DNA of 64,000 nucleotides from Candidatus Krumholzibacteriia bacterium. GTDB taxonomy: Bacteria; Krumholzibacteriota; Krumholzibacteriia; JAJRXK01. The notes under the pieces were generated by a model that saw only the letters and a list, made by a program, of their open reading frames with translations, did no database searches and was not told where the DNA came from. The DNA lies in contig JBGPIA010000008.1 of the NCBI GenBank assembly GCA_041484665.1, forward strand, positions 120,701-184,700, given 5' to 3'. How positions within the stretch are numbered: position 1 is the first letter of the stretch; each line of letters opens with the position of its first letter. Positions 28,814 to 36,585 of the stretch are shown one piece after another. Position numbers and translations under genes: made by a program.

Positions 28814-29680
28814 ATGCGCGGCTTGAAGGCAGTTCTGCTCGATCTCGACGGCGTACTCTACGACGGGGAGCGCCCGATCCCGCAGGCAGCGCCCGCCGTG
28901 GCGTGGCTGCGCGCGCAGGCCATCCCGCATCTGTTCGTGACCAACACGACATCGCGCCCGCGCGCTGCCCTGGTCGCCAAGCTGGCGGCGCTGGGCATCC
29001 CTGCCGACGTCGAGCGGGTCGCCACGCCCGCGGTCGCCGCCGCGCGTTGGTTGCGCGAGCGATTGGCGCGCGTCTGTGCGACTTCGCGCGCGGACACCAC
29101 GCACTCCAGCGCCGCGCCAGCCGCCGTGGCGCTGTTCGTCCCGGCAGCGACGCGGGCCGAGTTCGCTGGATTGCCGGTGCTGGACGATGCGGCCGAGTCG
29201 GGTGCGGGATTCGTGGTCGTCGGGGACCTGGGCGACGAGTGGGACTTTGCACGTCTGAACCGCGCATTCCGCTTGCTGATCTCCAACGCGCAGGCGCAGC
29301 TGATCGCGCTGGGCATGACGCGCTACTGGCGCGCGAAGGACGGGCTGCGCCTGGATGTTGCCCCGTTCGTGACCGCGCTGGAGCACGCCACGGGTCGCGC
29401 TCCCATCGTGCTGGGCAAGCCGGCGGCGGAGTTCTACCGGTCCGCGCTTGCGCAGTTGCGCGTGCCGGTGGCCGAGGCGGCCGACGTCGCGAGGATCGCG
29501 ATGGTGGGCGATGACGTGCTCGTGGACGTGGCGGCGGCGCAACAGGTCGGGATGCGCGAGATTCTCGTGCGTACAGGCAAGTTCGAACCCGCCGACCTGC
29601 AGCGCGGCGTCGCGCCCGACGCCGTGCTCGACTCGATCGGGGACCTGCCCGCGTGGTGGCAGCAGCAGACGCGGCGCTGA
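28814..29680 (+). CDS. HAD-IIA hydrolase (LHPP/HDHD2-like)
   Basis: DLDGVL, VTNTT, RYWRAKDGLRLDVAPF, GKP, MVGDD..DV, VRTGKF. Confidence 0.9.
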   Translation: MRGLKAVLLDLDGVLYDGERPIPQAAPAVAWLRAQAIPHLFVTNTTSRPRAALVAKLAALGIPADVERVATPAVAAARWLRERLARVCATSRADTTHSSAAPAAVALFVPAATRAEFAGLPVLDDAAESGAGFVVVGDLGDEWDFARLNRAFRLLISNAQAQLIALGMTRYWRAKDGLRLDVAPFVTALEHATGRAPIVLGKPAAEFYRSALAQLRVPVAEAADVARIAMVGDDVLVDVAAAQQVGMREILVRTGKFEPADLQRGVAPDAVLDSIGDLPAWWQQQTRR

Positions 29681-29921
29681 GTCGGCCACGGCCGACGCTC
29701 ACCCAGCCGTCGTCGATCTCTCCCGCCTGATCGTTGGTCCCGGTGGTCGATCAATGCCGACCGTATTGCCTGGATCGCCGGGCAGCGCGCCGCAGGCAGC
29801 GCGCGCGTTGACACGCGAGCGTGGCGACCTCTATGGTCGCTCCCGGCCCCTCAACGCTTCGAGGTGAGCGGTGCTGGCAGAGGTTCAGCGGTACGCTGGT
29901 CACGGAGTCTGCCGGTGCCGG

Positions 29922-31595
29922 ATGCTGGCGGCGGCGCTGCTGCTCATCGGACTGGCTTCCCTCGCCGGCTCCATCGCGACCGACCGGCCCGCGAGCGCCG
30001 CGCTCCGCGAGCAACTGCGCGCCCAGCGGATCGCCGCGCGCGGCGCGATCCTCCAGGAGCTGCGCGCGCTGCTCTGCCTGCCCAACGTTGCGACCAACGA
30101 CGCAGACATCCGCCGCAATGCCGCGCTGCTGGTCCAGATGCTGCAGCGCAGAGATCTCTCGCCCCGCCTGCTGGAGATCGAAGGCGGCCCACCGGCGGTC
30201 TTTGGCGAGTTCACTGTCCGTGGCGCCAAGCGCACGGTCGTCTTCTACGCGCACTACGATGGCCAGCCCGTCGTTGCGTCGGAGTGGACGAGCGATCCCT
30301 GGACGCCGGTGCTGCGTGACAAGCTGCTGGAGGACGGCGGGATGGAGATCGCCTGGCCGGCCGTTGGGGCGCCTGCGACGCCGGCCCGTCGCGCCACGGG
30401 TGGCGCGACGTCGCAGGCGGGCGGCGGCACCGGCGGCCGCGACCGCGACGGGGACACCAGCGGTAGCGGCGCGAACGCTTCCGGCGCCAATGGCGCCTAC
30501 GACGACGGCGAGTACCGCCTCTACGCCCGCTCGGCCAGCGACGACAAGGGCCCGATCCTGGCGCTGCTGGCGAGCCTCGACGCGCTGCGCGCGGCCCGGA
30601 TCCAGCCGTCGGTCAACGTGAAGCTCTTTCTCGAGGGCGAGGAGGAGCAGGGCTCACCGCACCTGCACGCGCTGCTCGAGAAGCACCGCGCCATCCTCGC
30701 CGCCGATGCCTGGATCTTCTGCGATGGGCCCGTGGACCCTACACACCGCCACCAGGTCGTCTTTGGCGTGCGCGGCGTGATGGGCCTGGAGCTGACCGTC
30801 TACGGACCGGCGCGCCCATTGCACAGTGGGCACTATGGCAACTGGGCGCCCAACCCCATCGCGACGCTGGCTGACCTGCTGGCGAGCCTCCGCTCGCCCG
30901 ACGGGCGCATCTTGATCGAGGGGTTCTACGACGACGTCCTGCAGCCCACCGACGCGGAGCGGCGTGCGATCGCGGCGTTGCCCGACGCGGAGACCGGCCT
31001 GCGGCAGGAGCTCGCCTTGGGCCGTACGGAGGGCGGCGGCCAGCGGCTGCCGGCGACCCTGCTCGAGCCGGCGCTCAACTTCCGCGGGGTCCAAGCGGGT
31101 GGCGTGGGAGAGCACGCGGCGAACCAGATCCCCAGCGAGGCGCGCGCTTCCATCGACTTCCGCCTGGTGCCGAATCAGACGCCCGAGCGCGTTCGCCTGC
31201 GCGTCGAGACCTACCTGCGCGGACTGGGCTTCCACGTCGTGCACGAGGCGCCGGATGCGCAGGTGCGGTCCGCGCATCAAAACGTGGTCCTCTTGCAGTG
31301 GGAAGCGGGCTATCCCGCCTACCGCTGCGCCATGGACCTACCGGTCTCACGTGCCGTCGTGGAAATCGTGGGCGAGACTCTCGGTGAACCCGCGCTGCAG
31401 GTGCCAACGCTGGGTGGGAGCCTGCCGCTGTCGATCTTGCAGGACGTGGTGCAGGTGCCGCTGATCACCGTCCCCATCGTGAATCACGACAATCGCCAGC
31501 ACGCGGCCAACGAGAACCTGCGGCTGCAGAACCTGTGGGATGGGATCGACGTCTACGCAGCGCTGATGGCGGAGCTGGGAAAGCGCTGGAACTAG
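29922..31595 (+). CDS. M20/M25/M40 family metallopeptidase
   Basis: YAHYDGQP, ARSASDDKGP, EGEEEQGS, HSGHYGN, QHAANEN; signal peptide; start uncertain (29871 or 29922). Confidence 0.9.
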   Translation: MLAAALLLIGLASLAGSIATDRPASAALREQLRAQRIAARGAILQELRALLCLPNVATNDADIRRNAALLVQMLQRRDLSPRLLEIEGGPPAVFGEFTVRGAKRTVVFYAHYDGQPVVASEWTSDPWTPVLRDKLLEDGGMEIAWPAVGAPATPARRATGGATSQAGGGTGGRDRDGDTSGSGANASGANGAYDDGEYRLYARSASDDKGPILALLASLDALRAARIQPSVNVKLFLEGEEEQGSPHLHALLEKHRAILAADAWIFCDGPVDPTHRHQVVFGVRGVMGLELTVYGPARPLHSGHYGNWAPNPIATLADLLASLRSPDGRILIEGFYDDVLQPTDAERRAIAALPDAETGLRQELALGRTEGGGQRLPATLLEPALNFRGVQAGGVGEHAANQIPSEARASIDFRLVPNQTPERVRLRVETYLRGLGFHVVHEAPDAQVRSAHQNVVLLQWEAGYPAYRCAMDLPVSRAVVEIVGETLGEPALQVPTLGGSLPLSILQDVVQVPLITVPIVNHDNRQHAANENLRLQNLWDGIDVYAALMAELGKRWN

Positions 31596-31699
31596 AGGAG
31601 CCTCACGCCGCGGCGCGCGCGCGTCGCGACGCGTCAGCCGGCGCCGGGGCTCGTCGCGCAGCTCGGCGCCGAGTCTGCTGTGGCGCCCGTGCTCAGACC

Positions 31700-32779
31700 T
31701 TACGCCGTGCCCACCGCCGGAGTCACTGCCATGCCTACCGCCGTCTCACGCAACTGCCCGCAGGCGGCGTTGACGTCCTCGCCTTGGGTGCGGCGCACGC
31801 GGGCGAACACGTCGCGCTCGCGCAGGATCGCCAAGAACACCTGCATGCGCCGCGGCGAAGCGGCTTCGAAGGGGAAGCCGCTGATCCCCGTGCCGATCGA
31901 GTTGTATGGGATGAGATTTACGTGCGCGCGCAACCCGTCCAGCCGGTCGGCGAGCGCGCGGGCGTGATCGTCGCTGTCGTTGATCCCAGCCAACATGCAG
32001 TAGCCGATGGTAGGAATGGTGCCGGTGCGCTGCGCGTAGCGCCGCGTCGCGTCGAGCACCTCGGCAACGCCGTAGCGGCGGTTCAGCGGAACGAGTCGTG
32101 CCCGCGTGGCGTCATCGGCCGCGTGCAATGAGAGCGCCAGACGGACGTCCAGCCCGGAGTCCGCCAGCCGGTCCATCTCGGGCACTAGTCCCACAGTCGA
32201 GACCGTGACCTGCTCCCATCCCAGCTCGCCCAGCTTGGGGGCCGCGATCAAGCGGATCGCGGCGATCACGCTGTCCAGGTTGTGCAAGGGCTCCCCCATG
32301 CCCATGAACACCAGCGTGGAGAGACGGCGGCCCAGCGATTGCGCCTCGGCGCGCAGATGAAGAAACTGCTCTGCGATCTCGCCGCCGCCGAGATTGCGCT
32401 CCAGCCCGTTGCGCGTACTGGCGCAGAAGTCGCACCCCATGGCGCAGCCCATTTGCGACGAGACGCAGCCGGCCGCCCGTTGCGCACCGTACGCGGGCAT
32501 CAAGACCGACTCGACCGCGCCGCCCGCGTCGAAGCCGACCAGTAACTTGATCGTTCCGTCCGCGCTGCGGCTGCGCGCGAGGATGCGCGACTGCCGCAGC
32601 GGGATCTCCTCCTCGACGCGCCGCTGCAATTGCTTTCCCAGTCGCAGGCCGGCCAGGTCGCAGTCGCCGTTGCTCCAGTAGAAAGAGCGCAGCAGCCGCG
32701 CTGCGTGGGCGGGGTGGTGTCCCCACTGCGTGAACTGCGCCGCGAGCGTCTCCGGGGTGAAGTCGGTGAGGGCGGGCAT
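31700..32779 (-). CDS. rlmN: RlmN-family radical SAM RNA methyltransferase
   Basis: CVSSQMGCAMGCDFC, FMGMGEPL, SLHA, HVNLIPYN, AACGQL. Confidence 0.85.
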   Translation of the reverse strand: MPALTDFTPETLAAQFTQWGHHPAHAARLLRSFYWSNGDCDLAGLRLGKQLQRRVEEEIPLRQSRILARSRSADGTIKLLVGFDAGGAVESVLMPAYGAQRAAGCVSSQMGCAMGCDFCASTRNGLERNLGGGEIAEQFLHLRAEAQSLGRRLSTLVFMGMGEPLHNLDSVIAAIRLIAAPKLGELGWEQVTVSTVGLVPEMDRLADSGLDVRLALSLHAADDATRARLVPLNRRYGVAEVLDATRRYAQRTGTIPTIGYCMLAGINDSDDHARALADRLDGLRAHVNLIPYNSIGTGISGFPFEAASPRRMQVFLAILRERDVFARVRRTQGEDVNAACGQLRETAVGMAVTPAVGTA

Positions 32780-32992
32780 GCGACTCCCGGTCGCTTCCAG
32801 ACGGCGCGCAAACATGGGAAACCCCGCACGCCGCGCGGCGTGGGGGGCGCAGGACCAGGCGAGTAGTGTAGCCGAGCGGGCGGCGCGATGGAAGGGTGGC
32901 GCGTTGAGCGTCACGCTCCAAGGCTCCGACACCAGGATTCCGCCATCGCACCGCCGCGCTCACATCGGGTCGGGGATTCGCATCTCCCAGCA

Positions 32993-35900
32993 TCACTTGA
33001 TCATGGCGAGCTTCATCGTCTGGGTCTGGCCGAAGCCCTGAACGCGGCAGAGGTACACGCCGCTGGCCACCGGGCCCCCACGGGCATCCGAACCGCTCCA
33101 GAGGACCGACTGCTGGCCAGCGTCGACGACACCATCGAGCAGTGTGGCCACGAGCTCACCGCGCAGATTGTAGATCCGCACCGACACGTGCCCACGGGCA
33201 GGGGCGGTGAAGGCAATCGTCGTGTTGGGGTTGAAGGGGTTCGGGCGGTTTTGCTGGATGACCAACTTGCCGCTGGTGATCGGGCCGGTCCCCACCGCCC
33301 CCCCATCGTTGATCAGGGCCCCCTGGCCAAACTGGATCAGCAGCTCGCGGGCGAGCTCCGCGCGCGCCGAACGGCCGCCCGCCTTGGGGAAGACGTCCTG
33401 GACGTACAGGAACCCGTACGGAAATGTCACATTGACGCGATCGAACGGCGTGGGTGTCCCCGCCACGAGGATGGTGTCCTGCCTCGAGTTGTAGATGCTC
33501 GCGGACGGAGTGTACGGGCCGGGCAGGAACCCGTGCGCCATCTTGGCCGTCGCAGCGCCAGGAGCGAGGTTGTCGAAGACATTGATCCCCGGACACCCGC
33601 CGAACACGATGAAGTGCGTGCTGAAGCCCGCCACCGTTCCCGTCGGAGCCACCTCGGGGGCGGTCTGGTTCCCGATGGAAGGACGGGCATTGTCGCCGGC
33701 CAGCTGCACGCCCATTACGTCTCTACGGAACGCGACGCCGCTGCCCGCGAGTCCGAACGCGACGTTGTCCCCCCAATACGCCGCATACCGGTTGCCCGCT
33801 TGTGCCATCCAGCCTGTGAGGGCCGCGACGTCGTTCCCCTTGTCATTGCTGCCGCTGCCGCCGCCGCTGCCGTCGCTGATCAGCCCCCTGCTGAGCGCCG
33901 CGCAGTCGTAGAACAGGCTGCGATATCCGATCAGCTGCCCGGAGCTGGCGCCGTGGGCCCCCGCCGACCCCAGGCCGTTGGACGCGAGCGAGGCTGCGCC
34001 GTTGGTCCGATACTGGTCGTAGTCACGCCCCAGCACCAACCCGTTCTGGCCGAATGCCTGCGCGAGCTCGTCGACGTTCCCGCGGTCCGGCGCGTCGTTC
34101 CACAGCAGGACGCTCGGTTGCGTACACGGATCCGTGTCGGCGCCGCACCGCAGCGACGGCAGTCCGTAGACCGTGAACATCCGGTTGTACCCGACACCGC
34201 TGCTGAACCCGCTCGTGTCGGCAGGCAGCGTCGTGGACTCGGCTGGGTTGATGATCGAGGCCGTCAGGTAGTACCGCAGCACGTCGCCGGGGAAGAACAG
34301 CGCCGCCTCCGGGCGTTCGTACGAAGCCAGCGTAACCGGACCATCCGGCAGGTCGAAGAAGTAGCGGTCGGCGACGGTGGAGCCGTCGGCAGCCGTCGAC
34401 TGCCTGCCCCCCACGTAGCCGCGATACAGATTCTCGCCAATGGACTGGATGTCGGACGCGCCGGAGCCCGCGCCGGCTCGCAGGGCCGCGAAGCCGCCCG
34501 CACGCTCGGCCGCGAAGCAAGGATTCGTCACGAGGAGGAACTCCATGCGAATCGAGCCCGGGACCGTTGTGGATCCCGGCGCCTGGGCGACGAAATCACA
34601 GATGATGGAGTCACCCGGGACGTTTCTGGGCTGCGCGCTCGCGCGGATATCACGCGCCATGTCGAGGCGGATGGCCAGGTCGGTGTCATCGGCGGGGGTG
34701 CACGAAACCGCTCCCGAGGTCGGGAAGCCGTCATTGAAGAGGTCGATCTCGCGGGTGCTCTCCCTTGGCTCGGCGGCGTCATACTTGGCAAAGGCCACGT
34801 TGTCGAAGGCTGGCGACTGGGTCGCGTAGGAGCCCGGGAAGTTGAACAGGTCGGCGAGGTCGGTCATTCCAAGGGCGATCTGGACTTTCTGCGGCTCGGG
34901 CGCGAGCAGGTCGCGAACCTCCAGCTGCGTGTTGATGTAGGCTGGTACTCCACCGCCGTAGTACACAAATGTACGGTCCTTGAAGCGAGTCCAGTCGCCC
35001 GTGGCGGGATCGGGGAAGCTGCGCACGTGCCACACCCAGAAGATGCCGTTGCTCAACGGAAGGTACTGATAGACGCTGAAACGCAAGAACGCCCCATCCG
35101 AAGCGCAGTCGTCGGCCGTCCCGGGGAGGTCCCAGTCGATCTCCGGGGACCAGACTTCGTTGGCCAGTGGCCGTTCGCCAAACGTCAGACCGCCTGTGTA
35201 GTTGACGAGCGGATAAAACCAGCCGCAGTCGGAGGTCTTGTACGGGCCCTGGTCCCACGTTCCACCCGTGCTCCTGTGCAGCGGGTCATTACTGGGCGGC
35301 GTGCCGTCGTCGACGAAGGTCATCTGCGGAGACGGATTCTCTCGGCACGGATCGAATCCGCAGTCCAGCACCCTGACGTTGGAGAAGTCCCCCGCGATGT
35401 CTGCAAGCACGGGCTGCCAGCCCCCCGTCTCGCCCCCTTCGAAGGTCGCCTGCGAAAGCACGGCGCTGCCGCGGCGGATCTGGATGTTGTCGACCTGGAC
35501 GGCGCCATCGCCATCGTAGAGCCCGTCCTCATCGGACCAGGCGCCGTCCGAAACGAAGGACATCAGCAGGATGACCTCGTCGCGATGCTGCCCGACGAAG
35601 TCGCCGGGCCGCACCACCACCTGCGTGCCAAGGGTGGCCGGCGACGTGAACTGCCCGCCGCCATCGCGATTGCTGCCGTCGAAGCGAGCGAGATCGACTA
35701 CCGTTCCGGCGAAGTCCCACTGCACGAGGAAGAAGTCATAGCCAGGCTCGCTGTCGTGGTTGAACTGGAGGTCGACCTGGAGCGTGCACGCGACCGCCGG
35801 GTTGGCGACGGTCGTCCGCCAGGCGAGCACTTCGCTCCAGTGGTTGCCGTAACCAGGGGTCGCAAACCCGTCCATGCCAGCGCGCAGCCCCGCCCACATC

Positions 35901-36385
35901 GCATGATTGGGAGCGGGCGCTGCGTACGCGTCTCGCCAATAGGGCGGCCGGGCGCCCATATCCGAGGCATTGAACGTATCGACGTGCCAATGCCACGGGA
36001 GCCCGGTGAGATCGACCCCGCTCCATCCCTGCCGATCGGGTCGGCCTTGCGCAGTCTCGAATCTTCCCTGCAGTGAGCCTGGCCCGCCGTAGAGGTAGAA
36101 CGTGTCGCAGGTCGTCTTGCCGAAGGGTGCCGCGGTGCCGCCATACAGCAGCGGCGAGGCGTCGAAGTCGATGATCTGGTAGGCCGTTGGCGGAGGTGCC
36201 CCATCGGCAGGGCGCGGTGGGCCGGCTCGCAGCGCCTGCGCGCACACGATCACGGCGAGCAGTCCACCGGGCACCGCGACGTGGAGCGCGCGACCGCCGA
36301 TGTCACCATGCGGCCAGGCCCGCGCGAGCAGGCGCTGAACGGGGTCCCGGAGGAACCGGGGAAGTGGTTTGTGGTGGGCACTCAT
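32993..36385 (-). CDS. Large secreted protein with C-terminal FlgD-Ig/T9SS-type domain
   Basis: Signal-like N-terminus; HDSEPGYDF..FVSDGAWSDEDG beta domain; C-terminal QNRPNPFNPNTTIAF..IYNLRGELVATL..W.G.D..G..VASGVY. Confidence 0.85.
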   Translation of the reverse strand: MSAHHKPLPRFLRDPVQRLLARAWPHGDIGGRALHVAVPGGLLAVIVCAQALRAGPPRPADGAPPPTAYQIIDFDASPLLYGGTAAPFGKTTCDTFYLYGGPGSLQGRFETAQGRPDRQGWSGVDLTGLPWHWHVDTFNASDMGARPPYWRDAYAAPAPNHAMWAGLRAGMDGFATPGYGNHWSEVLAWRTTVANPAVACTLQVDLQFNHDSEPGYDFFLVQWDFAGTVVDLARFDGSNRDGGGQFTSPATLGTQVVVRPGDFVGQHRDEVILLMSFVSDGAWSDEDGLYDGDGAVQVDNIQIRRGSAVLSQATFEGGETGGWQPVLADIAGDFSNVRVLDCGFDPCRENPSPQMTFVDDGTPPSNDPLHRSTGGTWDQGPYKTSDCGWFYPLVNYTGGLTFGERPLANEVWSPEIDWDLPGTADDCASDGAFLRFSVYQYLPLSNGIFWVWHVRSFPDPATGDWTRFKDRTFVYYGGGVPAYINTQLEVRDLLAPEPQKVQIALGMTDLADLFNFPGSYATQSPAFDNVAFAKYDAAEPRESTREIDLFNDGFPTSGAVSCTPADDTDLAIRLDMARDIRASAQPRNVPGDSIICDFVAQAPGSTTVPGSIRMEFLLVTNPCFAAERAGGFAALRAGAGSGASDIQSIGENLYRGYVGGRQSTAADGSTVADRYFFDLPDGPVTLASYERPEAALFFPGDVLRYYLTASIINPAESTTLPADTSGFSSGVGYNRMFTVYGLPSLRCGADTDPCTQPSVLLWNDAPDRGNVDELAQAFGQNGLVLGRDYDQYRTNGAASLASNGLGSAGAHGASSGQLIGYRSLFYDCAALSRGLISDGSGGGSGSNDKGNDVAALTGWMAQAGNRYAAYWGDNVAFGLAGSGVAFRRDVMGVQLAGDNARPSIGNQTAPEVAPTGTVAGFSTHFIVFGGCPGINVFDNLAPGAATAKMAHGFLPGPYTPSASIYNSRQDTILVAGTPTPFDRVNVTFPYGFLYVQDVFPKAGGRSARAELARELLIQFGQGALINDGGAVGTGPITSGKLVIQQNRPNPFNPNTTIAFTAPARGHVSVRIYNLRGELVATLLDGVVDAGQQSVLWSGSDARGGPVASGVYLCRVQGFGQTQTMKLAMIK

Positions 36386-36437
36386 GGGCGACCTCCTGCG
36401 CGGCGTGGGCAGTCAGGCCGGCAGCCCCGCCGACGGT

Positions 36438-36466
36438 AGAGTACGGCAAGTCTGCACGCGTGTCAA
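36438..36466 (-). promoter_or_regulatory. Sigma70 promoter of the large secreted protein gene
   Basis: TTGACA-17 nt-TACTCT, ~50 nt upstream of the AGGAGG-preceded ATG. Confidence 0.75.
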
Positions 36467-36472
36467 TATTAA

Positions 36473-36486
36473 TACTCTTTAGAGTA
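36473..36486. promoter_or_regulatory. Inverted repeat (putative operator) in an AT-rich island upstream of the -35
   Basis: TACTCT-TT-AGAGTA; the same hexamer is also the -10. Confidence 0.5.
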
Positions 36487-36585
36487 GTTCTGATTTTGTG
36501 ACGCCGACCCGCGGGCGCAGCTGCGTGGGGCCCCCGCCACTGCGCCGGTCCCGCTTCCGCTGCCGTTGCTGGCCCTGATGCGCCG

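Noticed and set aside
31700..32779. Radical SAM gene as maturase of the Cys-Thr protein
   Set aside because: Has RlmN/Cfr motifs (MGMGE, ACGQL), no SPASM or RRE domain, and lies 12 kb away; no lanthipeptide or YcaO enzyme is present in the window
32888..36076. 1062-aa plus-strand ORF
   Set aside because: Antisense shadow of the FlgD-CTD gene; Arg/Val-rich with no motifs, typical of high-GC DNA
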